NCBI GenBank assembly: GCA_951406725.2
Contig: OX597821.1
Coordinates: forward strand, 10,106,001-10,170,000
Source: Octopus vulgaris
Taxonomy: Eukaryota
Direction: 5' to 3'
DNA length: 64,000 bases
In this document: in pieces, positions 40,301 to 54,455 of the stretch
How the letters are laid out: each line of letters begins with the position of its first letter
Position numbering within the stretch: position 1 is the first letter of the stretch
Notes under the pieces: model-generated
What the model was told of the DNA's origin: nothing
What the model saw: the letters and a program-made list of their open reading frames with translations, nothing else
Database searches by the model: none
Made by a program: the position numbers and the translations under genes

Positions 40301-40690
40301 TGTTTTCAAACTCATGAATGGTTCACTCGGTGTTAGTTCGTTTTTCGTTTTCGCTTCCTTTGTGACACGTGTTCTCATATGCTTGAATTTGTGTCCTGTA
40401 AATTTCACGTAGATGTATGTGCAGTCCTATGGATATGAAAAAATATATATGATTGAGTAGACATTCGAGTGTATGCGTAATTACACAATTTCTGTAGTTA
40501 CTGTTTTGTTCCATTTCTACTTTATATTTGTAAACATTCCGGCGTTGAATTCGTGTGTTTGTGTTTCACTGAGGCATCGTGCATAGGAGAAACTGTGCTT
40601 TGTATCGCAGTAAACGTTCGTTTTTTGTTTTATTATTTTCGTTAAAATACTGATTTCTTCAAGTCTTCCACAGGTTCCTTTATCTAATTC
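37311..40690 (-). mobile_element. R4/Dong-type retrotransposon, long decayed copy with internal deletion
   Basis: Minus strand: N-terminal KWSRED...NWRQK...IDSNKVANVRR (~39480-39690); RT WKSPGKDKIPNFWL, GCKDQLFINKMI, AFDSL.HSW, FQGDSLSP, FKDDLNLFAK; then RLE tail YKDLEI..SKMWNL...IPVVIDALG and 3' UTR. 5' boundary approximate. Confidence 0.9.
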
Positions 40691-40784
40691 AATCGAGGTT
40701 ATTGAATTAGAATTGCTTTTGAATGGGGAGCCCGGTGTTGCACGACCTTGATGTTATTCAGCGCACGGCTTCTCATTATTATTG

Positions 40785-40857
<73 letters not shown>

Positions 40858-40954
40858 CATCATCATCATCATCATCATCAGCAGCAGCAGGAGCATCGTG
40901 ATCATGATCATGATCATGATTATGATGACGATCATCATCATTATTTTTTTATCT

Positions 40955-41102
40955 CCATGTGTCACCCAGGGACGTCAAGAGACAACAAGTTAGAAGTTCA
41001 AGTTGGGATTGTGCCTAGGGTGTCGTATATTGTTCTTCCACATAGTATTGTTCAAGAGAATGTTTAAGAAAACATAAGAAAATTGTAAGTTTGTTTTAGA
41101 AT
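40955..41102 (-). mobile_element. R4/Dong-type 3' UTR fragment
   Basis: tcacccagggacgtcaagagacaacaagttagaagttca...aatgtttaagaaaacataagaaaattg; homologous to 37350-37490. Confidence 0.8.
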
Positions 41103-42323
41103 TATTGGTACTACTGCTACCTTTTTGATCGACCCCAACTGCTTAAATTCCCAAGCTAACCTGTCATATCTCTCAACTTTTCTTTCTTCCTTATCGCTTA
41201 CCTTGTTGTCATCTGTGTATGTTTTTTTCTATGATCCAGCTTAGTTTGCTTTCTTTCTCAATTATGTCTGGCTTCCTTCTCTCTATCTGATAGACATACT
41301 GAATCATAAAATTCCACAAGATCTTTGCGTTATCATTTTCGGTGATTCTCTCGGGTTTGTGGTCGTACCAATATTTTGCTCTGTCAAGTCCATACTTGTT
41401 GCAAGGTGTCCAGTGGACAAACTTAGCTATATTGTAGTGTCGCCTCTTATATACCTTCTAGGCTAGTGGCGTACATTGACTGGTAATGTGCCGTACAGTT
41501 TCTCTATTTTGTCCACAGATTCTGAACATATCACTTTTTGATGTGTTGTCAATTCTGTATTTTATGTAGTTTGTTCTCAGTGCTTGCTCCATTTCTGGTT
41601 TCAAATCATTTTTAATCATCCACAGCCATCTTTTTTCTCTGTCTCTCTTATCTCCAACATCCCTATGAAATTGTACATCCATTCTTTGCTTTCTTGGAAA
41701 CGACACGCTATTTTAGTTCCTCCATTATCACTTTCAATCCCTTTCTTTCAATATTATACTTCCTTTTCAGCGCCCTGTATTTTTGTTCACTTTTAAGGAC
41801 CCCTTTCTCTATTAGTAAGAACTGTATTTTCATCGTTATCTCTGCAGCTATTTTCCAAGACCCATCTTTTGATAGCTTCGAGCTCTATTTCTGTGAACCA
41901 ATGATTTTTTCTTATTACTCTAGTAGCATTACATAGTTTCTGCTCCGTGAGTTGAAACAATCACACTTACGTCCAATGATCATACATACGTTATCAGTAA
42001 CCCCTAATTTGAGCACCATTTTCATCTACTGGTTTGCTCAGGTAGTTACCCTCCACGACCACAGCATTAATTTGCTTGCTCCATCTACGCCATGGGTGGT
42101 GATCCCTTCCTGGATATCGACAGGCTGGAGCCGGGCCAGAATCTCTGGGCCCGTCGGCTGCAACAGTTTCATGACTACCGTTATCCACAATATTTTGTCG
42201 TTTCATTGTCACTCACATGAGGTAGCGATTATCAGGTTGCGCGATTACCATTATTTTTATTGTGACACCGTCATTAGATGCCTCAATAATCATGATATAG
42301 GGAGGCTCCATCCACTTCATTTC
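41103..42323 (-). mobile_element. R4/Dong-type element lacking RT (5' end/Myb-like domain joined to CCHC + RLE)
   Basis: WSKQINAVVVEGNYLSKP...RGY*RMYDHW...TEQKLC...VIRKNHWFTEIELE, then directly KRWLWM...EQALRTNYIK...RICGQNRETVRHITSQC, WYDHKP, KILWNF, RKPDII. Confidence 0.85.
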
Positions 42324-42325
42324 AT

Positions 42326-42471
<146 letters not shown>

Positions 42472-43439
42472 TTGTCTTTTGAGCAGTAAATGCGTAGTTT
42501 CGAACACGCTACGTGAGTGTCAATAACATTTGTTGTTCTTACCAATTTTTGCATCGGTTTATCTGCTAAATTTTCGCTCAAATTTCTTCAAAAAGCACAC
42601 CGGAAATTTCTCGAACGAGGTTTCGGATGATTATAGTCCTTGTCTGTATATATGTATAAAATTATATACTTTGAGTTCAGCATTAGAGCAGTTTAGCCCT
42701 TATTTCTAGCAATGTGGATATATGTATGTGTGTTTGTGTGTGTGTCTCGCACTCTGTATGTGTATGTATGAGTGTATGTATTTCTTCCTGTCTGTATGTA
42801 TACATATGCATATAATATTTTATGCTGTCGATCATTCTCTAGCTACTTTAACAGAGTCTTCGGATGTGTGACAATTGAAGCTAATTAAATAAATCATAAG
42901 CAAGGATATATAATGTCGCTGTGTGTGATAGTCAAGGTCATTTGAGAGATGAGGAGGGAAAGTCAGAACAATTGAAAAGAAGTAAAAGAGAGAATTGACT
43001 ATAAGGGTAAAAGGGCGTGTAAATGAAAGTAGAAATAAGTGTGAAGGAAAAGGAAATATAAACAAGGGGAGAACAAGAATAGAAGTAAGGAGTAAAAGAA
43101 GATCAAAAGGAAGATCAGAGGAAGATGAAGAAGGAAATGACGAAAGATAGGAACAATTCAATGTGGATTTCATAAGGCGGGAATGAAGGAGGGAGTGCAC
43201 ATTTTGGATTATTAACGCTGCAGGAAAATTAGTTATAAAGAAATAATATAGTATGGAAATGGCATGTAATGGAGTTACTGATATTCTGTGGAAGACAGTC
43301 ATTAAGAGTTAAAAACATCTTTGTTGCTTTCAAGTCTATATCCTTATATGTATGCATGTATGTATGTGTGTATATGTAAATATTTATCTATGCTTGTGTG
43401 CTTTTATGTACACACACACGCACATACATACACACACAT

Positions 43440-43470
<31 letters not shown>

Positions 43471-44265
43471 CGTATGTATGCGAGGACGAGATAAAGAGGC
43501 CCTCAGCTCATTTGGTAGAAATAACAGACGCACACACAAAAATACACAGCCACATACGCATTCACGCACAGACACATGCGCGTGTGTGTATATTCGTATG
43601 TGCGTATGTGCGTATGTAATATTCACATTTTATATTCCATTTATTATTATTTCCATTTGAAAACAATAATTTTTGTTGGTCTATAATTATATTTCTTCTC
43701 TAATATCATCATTAAATACAAAGTGATCAGGTGAAGTATTTTTCATATAAATTTTATATAATTTGCGAAAGTTTTGATATACAACCGGGCTATAAAATCA
43801 GAAATGCGTAGATAAAAGCAATCAAACAATGGTGATACTACGGGTAAATCGTTTTAACATTTCAATTCAAATGTTTCGCAGGTGTGCTACACAAGAAAGT
43901 CCGAAGATTGATATTAAAGCTTAGTCTCAAGTGTATGAGAACAATCTTGAATACTGTACACTCAATTATGTCAATTATTGAAAAAGCGACACCGGAATGT
44001 TCACATTCATAGCAATATTGGACACTGTTCTACTGAGATTCACTTGATGAATCTAGGAGCTATAACTCACGCTGTTCATCCAAATATATTTGCAATACGT
44101 GAAACAGTTTTTCCTTCTCTGAAAGAACGATCATCACAAATGCATACGAACTCAAAAATACACACACACACACACACACACAAACACACATACTCATATA
44201 TAGATATGTTAGTCATTGTATATGCGTGTATAAATTCTATGAAGCTATTTTTTTTTTTTTTTTTT

Positions 44266-44482
44266 GTACTTGTTTCAGTCATTTGACTGCGGCCATGCTG
44301 GAGCACCGCCTTTAGAGTGGTGAAAGAGTACAGCAGGGATCACCACCATCCCCTGCCGGAGCCTTGTGGAGCTTTTAGGTGTTTTCGCTCAATAAACACA
44401 CACAACGCCCGGTCTGGGAATCGAAACCGCGATCCTCCGACCGCAAGTCCGCTGCCCTCACCACTCGGCGATTGCGCCTCCA
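44266..44482 (-). mobile_element. Chimeric SINE: family C tRNA head fused to family A 3' tail
   Basis: Minus strand: gtggaggcgcaatcgccgagtggtgagggcagcgg...ggtttcgattccc (A/B boxes) switches at ~44315 to aaaggcggtgctccagcatggccgcagtcaaatgactgaaacaagta + poly(A). Confidence 0.75.
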
Positions 44483-46170
44483 CTATTATTATTTATTTTC
44501 TATTATTAGTTAAGCGTGTGTCTATATTATATTAACAAATGAACTTCAATCTTGCCTGCTTGCTTTCAATGTTGCACAGCCAAACTGGCGCCTAATGGGT
44601 GGATACTTTGAAAGTAAAGCGCTCCTGAAATGTGACTACAAACGGAATAAAACAACCTTCGGGTAAATCAGACAAGGGGTTCTTCAGATATTGGGGTTTT
44701 GTGGGGTATAAATACCCAAAATGGTGCATAATGGGAAAATACACGGAAAGTAACTTAAACCTCAGAGGGAAGAAGTTCTAACCATTTGGTTAGATACTTT
44801 AGTGACTTTAACTTGCCAACGAAAAGATACGACTTCTTTTTTTTTTTACAGAAAATGTTCCTATTTTTGCTTTCGTTAAACAATATTTTAATCATTTAGC
44901 ATTAACTATTGTTAATACTGAAGCTGTACATTTTTCATTTGTTGTCGGAAGTAGTGTCGTCAGTTGTAGTGTCAGTAGCCGATATTTGAGAATTGAATGA
45001 CCTTAAGTAGTTTGAATTACCCCACAGTGGCAACTTGCTCATCTAACCACAAACGCTGCATGCAGCTCCACTCAGTTGGACAATTTGGTAAATTCTGCAA
45101 TATTCTCCGCAATTTTTGGAGCATCTTCAATAAAATCTAAAACTCCAACATCCACTCAGATGTACTCAAAGGGGAATGGAGTTGCCATCCAATGAAATAC
45201 AGGCCAGTATCATCCCAAGTAACAATAACAAACTCACGGTGCATCTCAATCTGTTGGAAAGGCTATTCTTCCTAAATATTTTCTTCTAAAGTTTCAGTTT
45301 CCGGTTACGTTTGGAAAGTATAGAGTGTCACATCTGATGTTGCATATCTTTGCATTTGCAAGCGTAATATATTTATCATGGGCTTAATTTTACCGTTTTA
45401 AAATCTTTCCGGAAAGGGCGCGAAATTACACGTAATTACTGATGTATGTTTTTATCGTTTTTATAGTTTTTACCATAGTATATACATTCACATACATACA
45501 TGTACGTACACAAATGCGCATGCACCTACTCACACTCGCACAATCTACACAAAAGCCAGATCACGTACTTCCATGGAACTTCCATTGTTTACTTTTAATC
45601 AAATAAAGTTTAGCTCACCTTGAGCTAAATCGTTCTTGTTCTTTCATTTCCTTATATCTCTATATATTCCCCGTCCTCTCTTCTTGCACAGGCCTCTAAT
45701 CTGCACAATGGCTAAATCTCATTCCAAATTTAATCTGCAGTATAGAAAAACGTCAATGTAATTTGTATTGGAACATCAAAAGTTATAAAAAAAGAAAGAC
45801 AACGGATATTTCCTTATTATGCTGCTAATCACCAAATTCGATATCAATATGGCAGTTTTATTAAAACTATGCTGTATCCGGATCATTTAGCTGTAACACC
45901 AACTATCCGTAAATCGTCTCAAACTTGATATTTTCAACTTTCAGATAAATTCTAGATAAATATGTCTGTAACTGCCACCGTTCTCCAATTGTGATATTAA
46001 AGTGGCTTCAATGCCTTTTAGTTCCTTGATGGATATAGCAGTCATAATTTCGTGAAGAATTTTCGAAACATGAGAAAAAAAATGTAGTTTCGACTTAACA
46101 ATTGAAAGTGAGTGAAATAAAAGTCTAACGCAGCCATCGACAATAATTGTACTGCCTCTCAATGATCTTA

Positions 46171-46238
<68 letters not shown>

Positions 46239-47790
46239 CATACACATACTTATACACACATATATATGTGTGTGGGCATGAATAGGTATTTAATAATTTA
46301 AATATAAACTTATATATATATATACTTAATTATATATACAGATGTACGTATATATATATATATATATATCCCCAGTCCGTGATGATGTTTGTAAACAAGA
46401 ACCTTTTCTCCAGTAAATAATTCAAGCGCGTTTATCGCATTCACGTTCCAATTAAACAACGTGTATAAAGCTAACTTTTATTACATGTAATTACATAAAA
46501 AAATTAAACACTTATTAAAAATTTCTCCCCTTGCGCTTGACGTTTACTTATCATTCCTCACAGAATTATGCTTTCTGCATTTCACTAGTAATAAAGTTTT
46601 TATTATTTTCAAGTCATTTAGATGGGGCATTAATTAATGTTATATTGAATCCTTATCTGTTACATTATATTCAGCGTGACCTGAAGAACAAGGACAGATC
46701 CAGTAAAATAAAGTAAAAATGTAGCTGTGTAGTACGAAGTTAAATGGATTCTTATACATGCTTGAAAGCTTTGGACTGTAGAAGAGTTTTCTTAATGCTG
46801 TTTCACCAATTTGTTGGTGACCGGGTACATTGTTACTCAGTTTCTACGTCTAATGGATTGCAGACGAGTAAAGAAAAATATTTTGCTGAAAACTGCACTT
46901 TCTAACGCAAAAATGGACCCTGAGCCTTCGACCATGTGACCTAAACAAAAACCCACACGATTTATTTAAATGTCGGTTACGTTTCGAAAAATGAGGAACA
47001 AATAGCTACATACTGCAAGATATTCTGGTTCTCTTGGATGTGATATACATAATTATTCATACAGTGGAATAATAGTCAAAGCCATGGGTATCACTTATGT
47101 TTTTTTTTTCATTACCTAGTCTTGTGGGATTTGAAAAATATTCGTCAATAATATTCGGCAAGCACGGTAATCAAATTGTTGCGAGAGTGAGATGTTAGTG
47201 TTACCAGATATTTAGCTAACCAGTTTAAAATTTCGGTAACTGCAACACCCTCGAACATAATACACGTATTGATTCCTAATATTTGTTATTAATTCACAAC
47301 ATTTATGAAAAACTAATATATACAAGAATAGAAGGCAGAAAAAAAGTGAAAAGAGGAAACAAAAGAGAAAAGAGTTTTACAAAAAAAAATAGTAATAATA
47401 ATAACACAATAGAATTACCGTCTCTGAGCAAATTATCTTCATAAAATGCGATTCAAAAGTAAAAATTTGTGGCAAAGTCCTGCTCAGAACATATAATTCC
47501 AGATACGGGAGCAGTTAAAGACGAAGAAACATATAACAGCAAACTCACACATGCAACCACGCACACATTGTCCATATAAGTGGACAACGGTTTTAGACAG
47601 ATCGCTTGTGTGTGTCTGTCTATAAATATATGTATATATACATATCCACACATACATACACACATATACATATATATGTGAGTGTATATGTGTGTATATA
47701 TATATTACAAACACGCAGGTACATTCACATACAAACTAGCTGTCGAAAAGCGTTATAAGCTTTCATGGACAATCTGTGAGTGGTGGCGTA

Positions 47791-47858
<68 letters not shown>

Positions 47859-47859
<1 letters not shown>

Positions 47860-48728
47860 GTTTTGTGATCAATAAGTATCCGGACTGTTGCAATAGTAAC
47901 GAAAGTAGAGCACGTAGGTTAAAGCCATTTCGCACAGATTGACCTTCAAATCTGCTGTACATGTGCTAGATCGTTTCTGCCGTTTAGACCTATGCTTGGA
48001 CTAAAGTTGTGTAGCGTGTGACCGTCGCCTTTATCATGACAGCGAAATTTGAGCACGAATCTGCATCAAATTTTGCAAAAAGCTTCGCGATACCTGCCTA
48101 AAGGCGTACGCAAAGTTTAAAAAATTTTTCGCCGTTTTCAACATAATCAAGACCTTGTGCAACTGAAACCCAATGGTCTCTCTGGGCAGCTGAAACAATG
48201 TTGGCATAGAATTGGAGGACACCTGTCTCATACCAAAATCTCCAGTGATAGTAGACTAAAGTCAACTGTAACAAATGTGCAAATAATCTGATAACTCACG
48301 GATGGTGATTCGTCGATTTCCCCTCACAGCTGCACGCATATCTGCGAAGTTTCTCTCAGTTCTGCTTGTTGTGGGTCTCCCATAAAGTTCTTCAGTATAG
48401 ACATATTTCCGCCTTCTTGAAACGTCTAAAACACTCGTACACATGTGTGCGTGTCATACATGCCTCTACATACACTTCCTGCAAATTTGCGTAGGCCTCC
48501 GAGCAGATATCTCCCTGACAACTTTCTCTGTAATGGCCAATGCAACGAACTCAGGTTACACACCTTACTTCCAAGCACCCCTGTAAACATCAGAAGTGAG
48601 CTAGTAAGTTAAAACTAAGAACACGTACAATGCAAAATTCAAAATCAATCTTTGTTAAGCGGCTTTAGTCTGCGTGCTTAAGCTTCGTTACTGCGGCAAC
48701 AGTTCACATACTTGTTGATCAAACCTCT
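47859..48728. mobile_element. Mariner derivative made of two inverted 5' ends
   Basis: TA-flanked TIRs (tgatcaataagtatccggactgttgc / gcaacagttcacatacttgttgatca). + strand ICIKFCKKL..AYAK; - strand AYANLQEVY...VYECFRRF, GRPTTSRT, NRRITIREL. Confidence 0.82.
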
Positions 48729-49998
48729 TATACGGATGTATTTATGAATGTATTAATACACACGCCATACACACATAGACACACATGATCTGTTAAAGTT
48801 GATACAGTGAGGCACATTATGCTCATTTGCTATGATGATGTGCGTCGCCTCCATATATATGTGTGCATGTGTATATATATACGTACATGTGTATATATAT
48901 ATATATATACGTTTATATTTAAATTATTAAATACCTATTCATGCCCACACACATGTATATGTGTGTATAAGTATGTGTATGTATATATATATATGTATAC
49001 ATATATATATATATATATATACACATATAAATGTACACATACAGATACTCCCCACACACACACACACCCACACACACATATATATATGCGTAGAAGAAAA
49101 CTTTGAGAGACAAGATGGTGAAACTCAGAAAACGTGATACAGTAGACAACAATAGTGATACATGAATACAGAGATGAGGATATTATAACACCTGCTCATT
49201 GTAAAAGTAAACAAGAATGTATTTGTTGGGATTTTTTCTCATTCATTAGACTTGTTTCACTATTGTTCACTTTCTGTTAAGGAAATGAAGCGTCCTCCAC
49301 AGGCTTTCAGAAAACTGATTGCAGCGTCTTAACAAAGCCAATAATATTCGGGACAATGAGAATTACGTCACAGTATATGAAAATATATCTACAGAATTAG
49401 TTTCAACATATGATCGAATAACATTAATACGTACGTGATATCCAATTAACCAATGATTACTGGTATATAGGTATATAATCTCTGAGCGTAAATAATTTTT
49501 TTCAGAAACAGGTGTTTAAATATAACATCATGGTGTTTTGTATCAATACTAAAGAGAAATATGGGATGATTTTATTTTGTATGCCGTTTCAATTACTACC
49601 GATATAGGTGCACGCATGGACATACATGCCTACATAAATACATACATACGTACATACAAACATTTATACATACCCACATACACACATGTATGTTCGTATG
49701 TATGTATGTATATTATGTAGGCAGGTAGGTAGGTAGGTAGGTAGGTTGGTATGCAGTTATGTATGCATGTATGAATGTTTGCTTATACAGTGTTTCTAAT
49801 GATGTACAGATACTGTATATTAAGAAAAGGTAGACAGTAAGGATGTTGAATAATTCTTTATTAATGGTTTCTTCGATACATGAGGAATTTTCAAAAAAAT
49901 CTTTTTAGAAAGTGTATTGGATTTCATAGTAATGGACACGAAGATGTCAATAATGTATACAAACACACATACACGCATGTATGTATTATGTATGTATG

Positions 49999-50070
<72 letters not shown>

Positions 50071-50232
50071 TATATATATATATATATACATATATATGTG
50101 TGTGTGTGTGTGCATGAGTGCGTGTGTATACAGAATACGATAAATGTGTAGATATATTTTTACATGTCTACCTACTCATTGAAACACAAATATGCATGCG
50201 AGCATAGACGCATTTAATATATCCGAATACGT

Positions 50233-50265
<33 letters not shown>

Positions 50266-50273
50266 TTAATTGT

Positions 50274-50309
<36 letters not shown>

Positions 50310-51826
50310 TGAGGAGGAGGTGCTGGTGGCTGTGGAGGAGGGTAAGAGGGTAGGAGTAATTTAGCGTAAGTCCACCACTGGCCACTTACACAAATGGCGA
50401 AAATATTTCTGCTTTTGAACAATGACTGTTGGTTTACAAAAATGTGTATTCAAGTCTAAATCCGTCAATATGTCTTTCTTGTTTAGAAGGATATAAAGAG
50501 TGAATTCGTAGCTATTTGGTGCAGAACATACGCCTATATAGAAGCTTGTTCTATTTTTGTCTTTATTGCATACTTATGTATGGAGTCGTGTAGATCATAT
50601 CAATATAAAGAAAATGCACAAAAATGCGGGAATAAAACAGTAGCAAGAATATATGAACTTGTTTCACCAGAAATCAGAAGGACAAATAAATAATGGGAAA
50701 TGTATTAGCTTGAATTGAGAACTAAGGGCTGATTACATTTTTGTTATGATCTATCTGCGAAGTCAAGCTGTCCTGATTGGTTGGTGGAAATTTTCCACGT
50801 ATTATGATCGGTAAAATTTTAAATGATATTATAATATTGTCATCTATATAGGATATTTTTCTTCATTTTCATTGGCATTATATGTAAAGTAATCTAAAGT
50901 ATTAGAATATTTTCAATGTTCCAAAGCTTAGTAAGCTAGATTTTAGATCACTAGATTGAAAAAAAAAGGTTCTATAAATTCAGACGAAAACAAAAAAAAA
51001 AGAAGAAAAATCGCGATAGATGCATTTTGCATAGCTCTAATATCTCTGAAGTTATTACAGTTGTTTGAATCTCGAAAATATACATTACGGAACTTATGTA
51101 CATATACACAGAGGCGCTCACTGGCTCGCACGAATGTACACATGCACACACCTATATAATACATAATTTATTTGACTGAGGATGTACTAAGTGTCTAATT
51201 CTTAGCTAAATAACAGAGCGCCTAAAGCAACGATCTTACTCTTTGTATATTCTTTCTGAACAGGAGATTCTGGAAAGTCCCATTCTTTTTACTGCTGAGT
51301 TATTATAATTTCATGTACAGCGCAAATATTTGAACATTGTTGGCGTTGAAGGTGAGACCTACGGATATGTTGGGAGCTCTTAGATGTTTTCACCAGAGCC
51401 AAACTGTTTTATGGATAGAGGTTTTCAATGAAACAAGTTACACAGGTTGATCAGGTTTCTAACTATTCCTCACCTATTTTTACACACACCAATTACGGTT
51501 CCCTACTAACATTGCCTAAACCATTATATTTTAGTAAACCTTAAACAATAATATCGACAATACTGCGAATGAACGTGAATGCATACGAATACACTGGATG
51601 CAATCTAATCCACAATGCCGCATATCCATACAGCAGAGATTTAAATGAAATATATTGTATAATCGACTATAATAAAAAATGTGTAGGTGTTGGTTTTCTT
51701 CTAGGATATTTTGTTTATATTATTAGGTGCTGTTAGGTATAGTTTGGATTGTACTACAGGGTTTCAAATGTATTTGTCTGGATATATTGTTCACCTACTG
51801 TGCATATATATATATATATATAATGA

Positions 51827-52315
51827 CAGCGTGGAAGATGTTCTTAAACCATTTAAGAATACATAAGAAAAACATTAGATTCACATCTACATTTAAATTT
51901 AATTTGTGTCAAAATATATTCGTCGCATTGAAACCGCGACCTGTTCACTGACATACATACATACACACATACATACATACATACATACATACATACACAC
52001 ACACATACATACATACATACATACATACATACATACATACATACATACATACATACATAAACACATATATATCATAAACTGACTGTTACTTTCTCAGGCG
52101 CGGCACAAAGTTTTGTCAGTGAACTGGTCAGTGAACTGGTCGCGGTTTCAAAGCGACGAAAATATTTTGATACAAATTAAATTTAAATGTTGAAGTGAAT
52201 CTAACGTTTTATTTTGCGTATTCTTAAATGGCTTATAACCGTCTTCCACGCTGCAAAAGTTTTTGTTTCAGAACACGATCTCAGATCAACTCACGTCCTA
52301 TGCAAGTGCCTCTCC
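51827..52315. repeat. Inverted pair of an interspersed repeat around (CATA)n
   Basis: 51827-51953 is the reverse complement of ~52127-52253; same family at 56798-57015. Confidence 0.85.
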
Positions 52316-53058
52316 ATAATATATATACACAAACACACAGATTTATATTTGTCTATGAGTTTGTGCGTCTATATATACGTGTATATAGGCACGCGCGCAC
52401 ACACGCGAAATAAAGTATATGCATATACGTATATACAGGAAGAGAGACAAAGAAGGCAAAAGAAAGGGAGGGGTGTTATTACGTAAGGAAACGTATCCAT
52501 GTCTTGTTATATATTTATTTGCGTTAGCTATTCAAAATTATGTAATATTCACAGTTCACGATGTATTTTTTCGTCTATCTGTTACCTAAATATCGAGCAG
52601 GATTTTATATCGAAATACATAGAAGAGTAGAGTATTGTACAGTGTACGTCCATGGTTGTTCATTTCGAAGGGTTTATAAAAATTGCATGTAAGCTTGCAG
52701 ACTTTCAGATACATATCACTTTTCTATCAATTTCTTATGTATATACACAGACATATAGACACACGCACAAATACTCGCACGCGCGCACAAAAGAACCCCA
52801 ACAAAAACATATATATGTACATGTATATATATAAATATATATATATACATATATATATGCACAGTCTTAAATTTTCCTATTGTACTTATCGTAGAATGTT
52901 CTTCTGTCTGAAAACATTTAGGAAACATTATAAATTGAGTGAATAGAACTGTAATTACTTTTGCAAAAATTATTTAATATGTATTTTCATGAAATAATTC
53001 TTACATGAGATGATATACAAACAAGAATGCATTTATAACCCTGATATTTTTCTTTCAG

Positions 53059-53126
53059 ATTTTTCTGTAAATAAACAAGCTTTTGTCATTGTATACAATA
53101 CAAGGAAATGAAGAATGATGCGAAAG
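53059..53126 (+). other. Candidate spliced host exon (possible start-codon exon MKNDAK...)
   Basis: Acceptor ctgatatttttctttcag| and donor AAG|gtaaga bracket 68 nt of non-repetitive sequence; ATG at 53108 is open to the donor. Confidence 0.35.
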
Positions 53127-53209
53127 GTAAGAATGAATACTTTTTTGGCATATAGAAACGAGTAAGCATCTCTCTATATCTCTCTATCTATATATCTAGA
53201 TATCTCTCA

Positions 53210-53246
<37 letters not shown>

Positions 53247-53441
53247 TTTGTATATCCGTATATATGTGTGCACGTTTGTGAATGTGTGTGTGTTTGTGTG
53301 AGTGTGTGGAGTATATACGTCTGCATGCGTGCAGTATATCCAAAAACAGATTTTGGATATTTATACAAGCATTCAATGAAAACAAAGCTGCTTATATGTA
53401 TATGTGTGTACATGTATACTTATTCGTATATTTGTGTGTGT

Positions 53442-53483
<42 letters not shown>

Positions 53484-53600
53484 CCTAATAATAAAAATAA
53501 TAATAATATTAGGGAATATTTTCAATGTTTGAATTACATAATAGTGGTTTTCCTCTAAGTTATACATATATATATATATACCTGTGTATACATACATATA

Positions 53601-53635
<35 letters not shown>

Positions 53636-54299
53636 GTGCATACATAGATATATGTATATATATATATATATATTTACCTCTGCATATATATATATGTATA
53701 TATATATATGTGTGTGTGAGTGTGTGCATGTGTGTGTTTCAAATGTATATGTATACCAATACACGCATACCTCTCTGAAGAGCACTGCACCTTTCAAGCT
53801 CATGCTCTCCCGTATTCGGATGGCCCCTCCTGCGTGCGAACCTTCACCAACACTGTTTACCCTGAACTGTACACACTGTGCATAATTTCTTCATCCGCTT
53901 AATATCATTCTCCTCATTGCTGTCCTTGCCCTCGCGATGTTCCATGTCAGAAAACTCAAATATTTTGCCTTTCTACTCCTAGAAGTTCAGGACTATAGTT
54001 CTTGTTTTCGTTCTATGACTGTTTTCAAATAAATAAAATTAGATATTTGTCTGTATGTTTTTTGCGAAGATGTGTGTGTGTTCGTGTGGTGTACATATAA
54101 TTATATATAGATCTATATGCAAGCACAAGCTGTGAAAAGGTCTGCCAACAGTAATATAATTTTCATTTATTGTCGAACAAAGTGATTATCAGTTGGAATT
54201 AGTAAATATATAGACACACACTCTCAGACATATCTACATACATACACACGCGCACACACATATATACACGCATCACACATAGACACATGTATATTTTTG

Positions 54300-54455
54300 A
54301 AAATCTCGTCAAAAGAAAACATAGTATCGCTTCCTGACACGCCCAATTCACCACATCCAGAATCCTGCAGACTTCATTCTCTTCCTTAGATGAAAATACA
54401 GGAAAAGGTCGCCGATTTTATAACGTTGCAAAGCTGCAGTTATGAATTATCTGTA
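54300..54455 (+). mobile_element. Mariner transposase fragment (YSPDL region)
   Basis: NIVSLPDTPNSPHP...ADF.L...MK...GRRF; homologous to 57375-57480. Confidence 0.6.
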
